Assembly: GCA_001938485.1 (NCBI GenBank)
Contig: MQRK01223938.1
Span: 38,233-88,896 of the forward strand
DNA from: Girardia tigrina
Lineage: Eukaryota
Reading direction: 5' to 3'
DNA length: 50,664 nucleotides
Below are positions 24,655 through 36,616 of this stretch, one piece after another; positions within the stretch are counted from its first letter, which is position 1, and the number at the start of each line of letters is the position of its first letter. A model generated the notes under the pieces. That model worked only from the letters and a program-made list of their open reading frames with translations. It did no database searches and was not told the origin of the DNA. The position numbers and the translations under genes were made by a program.

Positions 24655-26180
24655 TGGTGAGGCGACTTTACCGCGGGTGACTTTACGGCTGATTTTTTTC
24701 AGAAAAAAATATTAAAAATTTATAATATTAATATTAAATAATTAAATAAATTCAATTTTCTTAACATTTTTAATTAAGATATTTTTGCCATTGTTACCGA
24801 ATAGTACTTAATTAAAATATAATATTTATAATAAAATTTTCCATTTAAGTTATTATACCTTTAAAAATATACCTTAAAATGTTATAAATTTCTAAAAAAA
24901 TTTTTTCTCACACTTTTTTCAGCATGAATCTTCAATTCTTTACTTCAAAATCTGGAAATACGATTGTTGCGTATGCGGGTAAAGTGGTCGCTAGGCCATT
25001 GCTCAGATGGTTGCAACTCGTGCATCGCAGACAGTAGACGGCCCCGTGGCAAATTATTCAGAAATCTAGGACTGGGATTCCACTTGACGCTGCAATATTT
25101 CTTCCAATTGATCGCTCTAGTTAACGTACAATTCAACGAAAACGAAAACAAGATAATCCTCCTTGGCCAAATCCAAATCATCTTTCTGAAATAAATGTTC
25201 CTGATAATTTGAGGTTTACAACTAGAAATGAATCTTTTTTGATATAAGATTCTGGATCTAATGATGTCAACCGGATAATGCTACTCAGTACAACTGCAAA
25301 CATAAATCTGATGGCTTCTTGTGAAAATTGGTTTATGAATGGGACATTCTCTGTCGCCCCTCGATTATTATTACCTAGTTTAAAATCAAACAAAGTATTG
25401 CCTCTTGTTTATGCATTGATGACCAATAAAACTCAATTAAATTACACTCGTATGTTTGAAGAGCTTTTAAGACAACAACCAAATTTAAATCCGCAAACTA
25501 TTATGATGGATTTTGAAAAAGGGGCAATGAACGCTGTTTCCACTGTATTTTGCAATGCTACTGTTAAATGCTGTTTTTTCATCGGAACCAATCAATTTGC
25601 AAAAAAATAAAAGAAACATCAAATCTTCCGGACCTCTATTCAAACAATGATGAATCGCACAATTTTCATCGCAAATTTATGCCAAAGTAAGTGAGAGGAT
25701 TGAACGTTGAGCAATAAAATAATTTACCAATATTGGATTATCTTAGAGGCGTTGCTCATAATTTAAACTTTTTGGATTAAAGTATATATTTACTATTCAA
25801 TTATTTTAATATATCAGTTTAATGTTTTTGTATCTTTCTTCAATTTACACATCACATTTTTTTGGTGTGTTATTCATTTGTTCTAGAATGTTATTTGAAT
25901 TTTTTAAATTAGGAATTTAATATTTCGTATGTTGTATGTTTATTTTTTATATTAAAAGGAATAATTAAAAGTCAGGTCGATCTGAAATTTTCTATCCATT
26001 TATGTTTTAAAATTAAAACCTTTGTATGATTCATTGTTTTATCATAACATAATTAAAAATTGTTATTCATATTTTAGATAAAATTGTTCACTTATTGACA
26101 ATTTTGTTGTAAATTTCCCGCAGTAAGGTCGCCCGCTGTAAAGTCACCCGCGATAAATTCGCCCGCGGTAAAGTCACCAG
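24655..26180 (+). mobile_element. MULE (Phantom-like) element with 15-bp subterminal repeats
   Basis: Inverted ggtgactttaccgcg repeats at both ends; transposase motifs WFMNGTFSVAP, VLPLVYALMTNKT and IMMDFEKGAMNA; frameshifted. Confidence 0.85.
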
Positions 26181-26221
26181 TTGTACTTAAACCAGTTGTA
26201 CCAGTTGCACAGTACTGTACA

Positions 26222-26306
26222 TATAGCCTACTCAACTTACGACCAAATCGTGTTACGACCGGTCGTGTCGGAACCAATCGTGGTCGTAAGTCGACGACTA
26301 TCTGTA
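26222..26306. mobile_element. Small palindromic MITE (pogo/Tigger-like ends)
   Basis: Inverted ends acttacgacc / ggtcgtaagt in TA context. Confidence 0.5.
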
Positions 26307-27458
26307 TTTTGAAGAAAATGATTAATTGCAATAACAAAGGATTTATTTTTTGTAGTTTGTTGTGTTTAATATATTTTTTTTATTATTGCTTTTATTTTAT
26401 TTATTGTTTTATAGTTAAAACTACGCTCAATGGTAGCTGAATTGCAGTTAATCAGTTAGCTTAGTATAAAAGGAGATAACTAGTGATCTTCACAGAGTGT
26501 CTCTGGACAAACCTCTTAGAGCTTACATTTTATAACAGTCAAAAGAGATTTATACCTTAATACTGAAAAAACGCAAATAAATTACACTCTTATTATTTTT
26601 TAAATTAGGAAAAAAAGCTACAATCTTGTTTGAAGTATAGTTTACTTTATTTAAATGTAAATAGTTTTTTTCTTTATTTATCTAGTTTCTAGTTTTTCCA
26701 GATTCAAATTTATCAATTTTATAAAGTGAACATTTTTTTATTTCTTATTAATTGTAACATTAATAAAACATTTAAGATATCGATTAAAAGATTAATTCGG
26801 GCATAAAATCTGCAATTATTCCAGTATGAGGCAACTTTAATCTTTGGGATTTTCTTGTTTAATTCTTGTATTTCTGGCAAAAAAAATTCCAATCAAGAAA
26901 ATAAAAATTTATAAAATTTCTCTAATTTTAACATTTTTTTTAAATTTTGTAATAAAATGATTATGTTGTTTCAATGAAATTGTTTTAATTCATATTTTTT
27001 TTAATTTCTGTAATTATTTTAATATTCATTTCATCAAAAATAATTTTTCTTAGAAATTATATGTTGTTTAGTTGTTTCTTTATTTCCTATTATGTTTTAA
27101 AAAGAAATAAAACACATTTTAATGTCTAAGTATTTTGGTTTTGTAAAAGTATCAGAAAGTAAAACTTGTATTTGAAGTTCGAGTAAATATAAAAAGTTAG
27201 GAAAAATTACGGAAAGCACAAGTTGAAAAAAAATTATAAAACAAAACTTATTATTCAATTGTTTAGTTGCCATAGGTTTTTTCCAACTGTTTCCAAACAT
27301 TTTGAAAGTTTTGGATACTTTCTTCATAGAAATTGCGTAGTTGGTATCATATAAATCCTGATAGTTTCAACGAAATAAAATTATTACCATTGTTCTGGAT
27401 TTGAGTTAAGAGTTAAAATTAAAATTACAGTTTAAAACTAAAATTAAATATTAAATTA

Positions 27459-27490
<32 letters not shown>

Positions 27491-27494
<4 letters not shown>

Positions 27495-29070
27495 TCAAAT
27501 TTTGTGCCAAAAATGTACCTTTTCTTTTTAATGAATTCAGGAAGACTGTATCGCAATGGGTTCTCCATTAGCACTAACTTTGGCATCAATCTTTATGAAG
27601 TCGCTTGGGGATAAAATGAATGCATACCCTGGTGAAAAACCTGTGTTGTCCAAGAGATATGTGGATGATGTCTTTTTGGTTTTCAGAAATCAATCCCTCA
27701 ATGAACCATTCCTAACATTTATGAATGGTCTTCATCCGAATATTAAATTTACCACAGAATTGGAAGTAGATAATAATCTTCCCTTTCTGGGCATTCTTGT
27801 CACTAGGATGAATGGAGGCTATAAAACTGAATTATTCAAAAAGGCAACAAATACAGGTCTTTAAAAAACACCACAGAGTTTTTGTGAGGAACAATATAGA
27901 GAGGGTATGATAAAATGGCTTGTTCACAGAGTTTGGAATTTGTCGTCCAGTTTTGAAATTGCAAATCAGGGTTTAAATATTCTTAGAAGGCGCTTGAAGG
28001 ACAATATGTATACAAACAAGCAAATAGAACACAACATTAGGGTAACATTAGACAAATTATGTACATATGTACGAGTTAAGAAACAATTAAAGGAAGAAAT
28101 TACTGAGAAATACAAACAAATCCTTAAAATACCATATTCTGGTGGATTTAGAGCGTTTAAGAGTAATATTTATATAACAATACGTAGTGCTAAAGTAGTC
28201 TCTGTCACATCCAAAGTTTAAAGTTTCCTCTCAAACAGTTTTTGGTTCACAAACTAATCTGGTATATAAATTTAATTGTCACGGGTGTCAAAACTCGTAC
28301 ATCGGAGAGATCACGAAGGAGCAGAGCCAATCCCGCAGAAGAAGAGAGAGAAAAAAGCCCAACCACGTCAGAAGAAAGGAAAATATCAATGTCAACACTG
28401 TCCGAGGGAATACAAAGCCGCTGGTTTCCTAAGGATTCATATTCAGAAGAATCATTAAGAAACGCCAACATCCAACGCACAGAGAGAAGAAAACTTAGAG
28501 AAGAGAACGAGGAAGAGCCGATATCAAACCAATCCAATCCTCAGTTGCCGGACGCAACTGTGAGTATGCCGAGGATACAGCTGAACGACAATGCCGAAGA
28601 CACGCACCTACAATACCGACTGCCAGCCGATTACAAGACTGCAAGAGGACAATTTAAGTGCCCATTTCGCGGTTGTTACGCGTTCACCGTAACAGCCAAC
28701 GGCATGTACGGCCATGGTACAAAGTTCCATGGTTGGTCGTTCGTTACTGCTCAGTTGACTGCTCAGAAGCGGAAGGCCACGGACCCTGTAGGAGGCCTAT
28801 CGAGGGGCCATTAAGGACTTTAGTTTGAGTGGACCCTCTAAAGAGCCTTAGGCTCAATACCATTACAGAGATGGGAGGCCCACATCGGAGAGACAAATCG
28901 TCATCTCAAAACCCGGATTAGAGAGCACTCACAAATGAGTCGATTGAGTAAGGTTCTTGATCATTGGTTATGTTGTGATACTTCATCCATTTCAAAAGAA
29001 GAATTTTCTGTTCTACAAAAGGGATTTGATTGACATTACAAACCACAGTTTTGTGAATCTCTACTAATAA
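27491..29070 (+). mobile_element. Penelope-like element (RT plus GIY-YIG), 5'-truncated at a (TA)n tract, endonuclease split by an insert
   Basis: MGSPLA..IFM, KRYVDDVF, HPNIKFTTELE..LPFL, MIKWLVHRVW; VYKFNCHGCQNSYIGE [insert] IGETNRHLKTRIREH. Confidence 0.92.
28311..28881 (+). mobile_element. 571-bp insert encoding two C2H2 zinc fingers, with a 12-bp TSD
   Basis: ACATCGGAGAGA duplicated at 28299-28310 and 28882-28893; YQCQHCPREYKAAGFLRIHIQKNH and FKCPFRGCYAFTVTANGMYGHGTKFH; stop at 28814, short 3' tail, no poly-A or TIR. Confidence 0.85.
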
Positions 29071-29480
29071 TTATGCCAACAGAACTCTCAAACTTCTCCA
29101 TCATCTCAACATCCCCTTTGTTGACAAGGAGTGTAATCCTCCCTACTTCCCACACTACCACCCCATTGAGAACTTTTGGGGCGCTCTAAAGGCGAAAGTG
29201 TATGAGGGAAGCTGGGAGGCTCAAACAATCCCTTAACTACAGCAACCGATTAATAAAATGTTGAAAACAATGGATCAGTCCACGTTGCGGAAGGACTTAA
29301 AATGGATTAAGAAACGGCTTCATGCTGTGTATAGAGACGGACCACTTTCAATTATTCTGTAAACATTTTTTGTTCCTTACATCTTACCCTTCAATAAAAT
29401 ATAAACAGCTTCTGGAAATTTTATTTCGTCTTTTCACAATGGTGGTTTAAAATTTGTTCAGAATTTGTCCGCGTACCCGT
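29071..29480 (+). mobile_element. Tc1/mariner-superfamily transposase C-terminal fragment with right end
   Basis: NPPYFPHYHPIENFWGALKAKVY motif; ends ...gtccgcgtacccgt followed by TA. Confidence 0.75.
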
Positions 29481-30517
29481 TATTACATTGCTTATCTGTT
29501 GGGAAATAAATTTTAACATTTTTTTTATAAATGAATGGACCTACTAATTCGTAAGAAGCTCGAAAGCTGTAAGGGATGTTCAATTACTAAATCTGTTAGA
29601 TAAAGTTATTTCGAAGTCAATTTTTTCATCTAACAGGTCTGATAATGTATTTTTTATTGAACATAGTTTTTGTAAAGAGAAGAAAACAAACGTATAAGAA
29701 CTAAAAGACATCGTATAAAATCAGAACTAAAATTATGGATACATCAAAGAGAATTTTGTAGGGATTCTATTAAAATTATGACTGCGCATTTATTCTTGAT
29801 CTTTATGTTAAGATATAAATTACAAATTAAAGCTCATTAAATATTATTACACAAACTTATAAAGGAAAATACATTGGAGATCCTCAGAGGATTCGGCATT
29901 GTATACCATGTTCCAAAATCAGATTGTTTAATTTTCTTGTTTTCTACTCGAAAGGTACACATCAAATTTAAAGAAAATTATGTATCCATAGAGATCATGG
30001 AATTAAATTGCTCGTATGGAGTGTGATATCAGGAAAACTATAACTGCCATGTGAAAAGCAATAGTATGTCTACTTATCCTCTCATATAACTGGCAATAAA
30101 ACTGTACTGTAAAGAATCTATTGATAATACATTGCTGGTCCCTTAACCACAATATTAGTGGTCCTATCAACAAATTTAAAGCGTTTCCATCGATTATTAA
30201 TAAATATTTTTTTATTTTTTAGCTATATTTTTACATAAGTTTTTAATTATTTTATTGTAATTAACATTATGTATTTACTATATTGTTTCTATATAACAAT
30301 TTCTTTTCAGTTCAATGAAGCGAAAAATATTTGTTTATTGGAAAAAAATGTGAACATCAAATATTATTCAAAATTTACTACATTTATAAATAAGTTGTAC
30401 ATAAGTTTGTCCACCTAAACAGTGGTTACGTAGTTTGAATCCGTGACCGGTATCTTAATTTCAAAAGACTGGAAAGCTGACTTTTTATTTTTGACAAAAG
30501 TATTTTATTCTATCATA

Positions 30518-31711
30518 TTAGGTTGTTCGATATGAAACGGGTCAAACTTCACACCTTACAATTCAATCGCGTATAACTTAACTTTGAAAATAAATAAGGT
30601 ATTTCTTGACAGATATATTATTCCTCTTTAAAAATCAATTATTTAATTTCAAATATATTGAATAGTTTCTTGTCAACAAANNNNNNNNNNNNNNNNNNNN
30701 NNNNNNNNNNNNNNNNNNNNNNNNNNNNNNNNNNNNNNNNNNNNNNNNNNNNNNNNNNNNNNNNNNNNNNNNNNNNNNNNNNNNNNNNNNNNNNNNNNNN
30801 NNNNNNNNNNNNNNNNNNNNNNNNNNNNNNNNNNNNNNNNNNNNNNNNNNNNNNNNNNNNNNNNNNNNNNNNNNNNNNNNNNNNNNNNNNNNNNNNNNNN
30901 NNNNNNNNNNNNNNNNNNNNNNNNNNNNNNNNNNNNNNNNNNNNNNNNNNNNNNNNNNNNNNNNNNNNNNNNNNNNNNNNNNNNNNNNNNNNNNNNNNNN
31001 NNNNNNNNNNNNNNNNNNNNNNNNNNNNNNNNNNNNNNNNNNNNNNNNNNNNNNNNNNNNNNNNNNNNNNNNNNNNNNNNNNNNNNNNNNNNNNNNNNNN
31101 NNNNNNNNNNNNNNNNNNNNNNNNNNNNNNNNNNNNNNNNNNNNNNNNNNNNNNNNNNNNNNNNNNNNNNNNNNNNNNNNNNNNNNNNNNNNNNNNNNNN
31201 NNNNNNNNNNNNNNNNNNNNNNNNNNNNNNNNNNNNNNNNNNNNNNNNNNNNNNNNNNNNNNNNNNNNNNNNNNNNNNNNNNNNNNNNNNNNNNNNNNNN
31301 NNNNNNNNNNNNNNNNNNNNNNNNNNNNNNNNNNNNNNNNNNNNNNNNNNNNNNNNNNNNNNNNNNNNNNNNNNNNNNNNNNNNNNNNNNNNNNNNNNNN
31401 NNNNNNNNNNNNNNNNNNNNNNNNNNNNNNNNNNNNNNNNNNNNNNNNNNNNNNNNNNNNNNNNNNNNNNNNNNNNNNNNNNNNNNNNNNNNNNNNNNNN
31501 NNNNNNNNNNNNNNNNNNNNNNNNNNNNNNNNNNNNNNNNNNNNNNNATCAGTGTTTTATACTAAAGGGTTAAATGTGTTACCATTGAAATGGCAACAGT
31601 GTGTTGACAACATGGGGGGGATATTTTGATTAAAAATAAAATGTTATTATTTAAAAAAAATCGATTCACATTTTACTTTAATTTTGACCCGTTTCATATC
31701 GAACAACCTAA
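30518..31711 (+). mobile_element. Mariner element spanning an assembly gap
   Basis: Perfect TIRs ttaggttgttcgatatgaaacgggtcaaa with TA flanks; C-terminal FYTKGLNVLPLKWQQCVDNMG. Confidence 0.88.
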
Positions 31712-33419
31712 TATTTGCTTCATGTAGTTAATGGCTTGTTAAAATATGGATAAAATATTTCAAAAATAAATTTATAAATTTTAAAAATTTTATTTTTATA
31801 ATTTTTATATTTTTGCTTATTTTAAAGAAAATTAAAAGTTAGTTTTTTTCATATGTATGTAGGACATTACTTAATGAACAAGTCATAAAGAAATATTTAT
31901 TTATTTTTTGTATATTAATGTGGCGTCGTCGAAAATCTCACAAACCGGCCAAAAAATGTTTAAGAAGCGCTGATCTAGATTATCATCTTTCAATAAATAA
32001 GTTATAAAATATTAAAATATTATGAAATATAATTAAAATTGTATTTGAAATATTAATATATATTTATATACATTAATTTTGAATTATAAAACATTTCATA
32101 TTTAATGAAAATATCTTTTGAAAATAAAAATAGTTATATTTAATTATTTATGAAATAAAATTTTAAATCTGAGTAAATTATTAAAATCCGACATTAATAC
32201 AAAAAAATTGTTTTTTTCTCCTAATTGAATAATTAATTTTTAAAAAATTTTCAGCATAGATTTTGTTTCAGATAAATAATTTCCTTTAAATCTCTTTTAG
32301 AAAGTTAATTAAATCTAATTACTTCTTAAACAAAATACAATTTGTCATTAAAATCATTTTAGAATCTCAAATCTTAAATTTTGACCAGACAAAATGACAA
32401 TTATCCTAACTCATGGGATCAAGTTTTTGAAGAACAACTTTTTTAAAAAAATAACTATAATTAAAAAAAATATTAAAAATATTAAAAATATTAAATCTTT
32501 AAAAGATTTCAAAAACAAGAGTTTATTTTTTTTGTTTAAAATTATTTTTATTTAAACGCTTTGAATATAAAGTTAAGGTAATATTTTTGTAGAAAATGAT
32601 TCTTCTATGAAGCTGAAGGATTTGAATACGACACGATTATCAATCTTGACGCGGTAGCTGCTTGTTACATTTGTAATTAATTTATCAACTTTTGATTGAT
32701 TTTTAATTTTTTAATATATAATTAAATACTAATAATAATACATAAAATATAAATACATTATTATATATAAATAATTATATAAACTGGTAAGGTAAAAAAA
32801 TGTAGAAGGATTTCTACAATTTTCTTTATATTTTGATAATTTTATATTTTAATATTTTTTGTATTTTAAAATAATAAAATGAAAGGTTAATTTTTTATAT
32901 TTTATTTATTTATTTATTTTTATTATTTTTTTAAATAATTTAAATCAATCAGTTATAATATACATATTTTTGTTAAAAAATTAATAGTAACATTTGTTGT
33001 TTTTCTGTGAAAGTCTAAAAAAATGACTATTGTTATCTTTTCTCAATTGAAATAATTTTTGATGGAACTCTTTAATCTTAAAACTCTAAAAGTAATTTCT
33101 ATGAATATTTTACGACAAAGTTTAGAACAGAAATTTTTCTTATAAATACTTTGTAGATCCTGAAATTTACGAAATTATGATTAACAGAGCATCATTTTAA
33201 TGATGAAATAATAATATTATTATGAAAAACATAAATTCCGTTGTTAGTGGTATTAGTAAAGCGTGGACAGTTCTTTGGCTACGGTACTGTAGCGTCTGAA
33301 GAATGTCTCTTGGTGACAGGTGGAAGACTAATTTTATCTTACCGCTATTCGTCTCAATCTTGACGTCGTAATTATCGTGCGGTTATTTTGTTTTTAGGGT
33401 CCTTAAATACAATTAGATT

Positions 33420-33790
33420 TTACTAACTTGGTTAATAACATTTTAAGAAAGGGCCCACTTGATTTTAATGAGGTATAATGGACTCTTTGCACACTGGATA
33501 TTCACAACCAATCAGTGCGATCGTCCCTGGTAATTGGCTAGTCATTTCGTCCAAACATTTCAAATGAAATACATCATTGCAAATCAATCGAATACATTCC
33601 AGATTTGAGACTGTTTCTCACCAATTTGGCAAATTGAATGATAATTACTATCTTCTAACCATTGCAGATACTATTTTATGATCTCATTATCGCGATTGAT
33701 CTCGCTAAAATGCTCGCACATTATGTTCGACTTTATGTTCGAAACCGAAAGAAAATGTACTTTCAAGTATAAGAAGATCTCTATAATTCG
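33420..33790 (-). pseudogene. ZFPL1: ZFPL1 pseudogene (intronless over the zinc-finger region; may extend to about 33000)
   Basis: FGFEHKV..VCEH, YLQWLEDSNY, CIRLICNDVFHLKCLDEMTSQLP and YPVCKESIIP..NQVGP match ZFPL1 (FCFEHRVNVCEH, YLQWLQDSDY, RLVCYDLFHWACL); stops and frameshifts present. Confidence 0.85.
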
Positions 33791-35708
33791 TTTTCATTCA
33801 AATCAAATAATTAAATTGTAATCATACTTCATTTATACAACAGAATTTTAAAGCCCTATGTCACCGTTTTTACTTGCACAATTAATTCAAAACATAATTA
33901 AATAACTCAACGTCGTTTCAATAATTTAATTAAATTACACTATTTTATTTTTTTTAAATTTCATTATAATTTATTTTGAATAATAATTTTCTTAAACTAT
34001 TTTTTTACACTATTGCTTATTTTATTACTAATTTTTAAATTAAATTTTCGTCTTTTTATTTTTTTCTTATTTATAAAAATTCGATAAATATATTTTACAG
34101 TATGTAAACAAATAATCTAGGTGTTCTCTAAAAACAATAGAGTAAACTAAAATCACAAGGAAATTTAAGATGTTATCCGGAATGAATTTTTTCTTTAGGG
34201 GGCCAAGATTCAGTTTTATACAACTTCTTATATTTTTAAATCCATAATTTAATTTGCTGGGGAAATTTTAATCTAACAGTGTTAATCTAAGGCTTTTTTC
34301 ACCAGCCTTATTTGCAAGTTCAAAAATTAAACCAAAATCATTTATTATTTTATAAATAACTGAAATAGTAAATACGGTTTTGTTTTTCTACATCTTAAAA
34401 TTAAGTATTAATATTACAGTGGTCCGGCCAGTCACTCGGGTGAGTTCCACTCCGGGCAACTCAATTGTTGGTGCTTCTTTCGATTGAGAAACCCGATTGG
34501 ACATCGCATCGACGTCGGAGAGTCACTCTGTTCCCAAGGTCCTGTTACCCTCAATGGGCCACCCCCGTAATGTAACGATTGCTATGAGTACAGCGCCCTC
34601 GTCCGACCGCGGTGTTTCCAGGCACACTTATGGACTCGAGCATCCTGTTTCGACTAATGGAGCTGCTGGTTCTGGATCGTGAGTATATTTCAATCCACTA
34701 GTTGCTATGACTAAGTCTGGTTTTTCCGTATTTTGTTTATCAACTATCAATTTAACCGAGAAAGAAACCATTGAAGTGATACGAGACATAATTCAAATCA
34801 TACTCATATTTGATACAAAATTAAAATTTTTTTTATTCAATGTTGTTCGTTTACATTCACAGTAAATTTACGTATTTGAATTTTTTCACAGTAAAAATTT
34901 AGTTAAATTATCAGGAGCACCACAATTATTAAAAAAAATCAAATATTTAATATCAAAACATTTTATTTATTTCAATAGGTAGACATTATTAGACAAAAGT
35001 TTTTAATTTAAGAAAAATAATTTAGTAAGTCTCAAAAGTCTTTAAAAATACCGTTTTAAGAAAGAGAAAAAAATAAATCGCATTAAAATGAGAATTTATT
35101 TCATTTAAATTTCTAAATTTTCTGAATCAAAATTTTGTACAAAGTGAACAAATTTAGTTCAGACAATTTTGCATTAAAAAAGATTGTCTGTCAACATAAG
35201 CAAATTTTGCACGCAAAAACTAGTTTAATAAAGATATAAAAGACAGATTTTTTTTTAATATTTGTGTTTCAAATGACATTGTCCATAAAAATAGGATTTT
35301 GTCATACTGAGGATTGGAATGCCTTTAAGCATTTAATGTTTCAGCAATATTTTTCAACTAATAATTGTATGGTAATAAATATTCGAATATATTTATATTT
35401 TTCATTTAGAATTTAGTAATTAATAGTTTTTTACTTTATATTCACCTCGTTTTCCTTAGGTCGATTTCTTGTCTGTCTGTCAGTAACAAATCTTGAATCG
35501 ATTTTGCAACTACTTCTAAACATTATTTGGCAGATTTATGTAATCCCAAAGACGACATATGAATCAATTAAAGGATTTACTATCAAAAAGATTAGTCTTT
35601 TTTTTAAATAAATTCAAATTTGAATATTTTTTCTTTTTTTCAAAACTTTATAATTTTTTTAATATTTATAGTTTGGGATTCCTTACTAATTATATTTTTT
35701 GTGATGTA

Positions 35709-36616
35709 TTAGGTTGTCCTAAAAGTTCCTGGTCAAGAATGAAAAATACAATTTTTTGTGCAAGAATAAAAATAAATAACAATTAATCTTCAAAGTATAG
35801 TCCATCTTTTTCTTTTACTTTCACCAACGGTCTGCAAGCTTTCAGATCTGGTAAAAGTACCATTCCGGCTGCCTCGAATTGAAGACATGCTTGCTAAACT
35901 TCATCGAATGCTTCGAATATGCTACCTTTCAAGAAGTGTTACATGGATTAGCAGAGGCCATAGTCGGATGGAGTGAAATCAGGGCTGTAAGCAGGATGAC
36001 TCCATCCAACTCTTGGAACCTGCTCGGGGTCTTCTTGGCGGTATGCGGCTTGGCATTGCCTTGATGAAGCAGTACACGTTTTTGGTTGATTAAGGTAGGG
36101 TACTTCTCCTTGAGCCTCTCGTAGACACGGTCCAGCTGTTGACAATAGAGCTCTACATTGATGGCCTGACCGTGCTGAACCAACTCAAAGTGCACTACTC
36201 CCTCAAAGTTCCACCAGATGCACAACATGATTTTCAAGCCAAATCGATCTGGTTTTGGAACTGATGGGGTTGCTTAACCCGTTAGAACACATAGCTTGTC
36301 TCGGTTGTGGTTGACCAAGTAGACCCCCTTTTCGTCCGACGTCACAATTCGTTTCTGCTCGTGGATTCTGTAGCAGTTGTCGGCAAATTTGAACTCTTTT
36401 ACCGGCCTGTGCTTTGGTGAGTTTGTGTGGATCTTGACGCTGTTTCTTGTGCACGCAGCAACACACGGATTTCAAGATTTGAAATCTCGTAGTCCATTTA
36501 ATGCTATAAATAAATCGATATATCTATATATATATATATCAAAAAATAATGCCAATAAGAAATTTGAAAAAAAATTGTATTTTCATTATTGACCGGAAAC
36601 TTTTAGGACAACATAA
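35709..36616 (-). mobile_element. Mariner element, internally deleted and frameshifted
   Basis: TIRs ttaggttgtcctaaaagtt with TA flanks; motifs PHKLT, VTSDEK, MLCIWWN, QGNAKPH and HPAYSPDFTPSDY. Confidence 0.92.

Noticed and set aside
27097-27360. 76-aa ORF as a candidate upstream DDR exon
   Set aside because: No discoidin motifs; another frame reads FYEESIQNFQNVWKQLEKTYGN, resembling a mariner transposase C-terminus.
28242-28814. 190-aa ORF as an intact protein
   Set aside because: It begins out of frame in PLE sequence. Only the C-terminal part is the insert's real frame, and the first zinc finger lies in a different frame.
30658-31629. 323-aa ORF
   Set aside because: Almost entirely N-gap within a mariner element.
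32580-32680. Short GC-richer patch with open frames on both strands
   Set aside because: No convincing splice pair or recognisable protein similarity.
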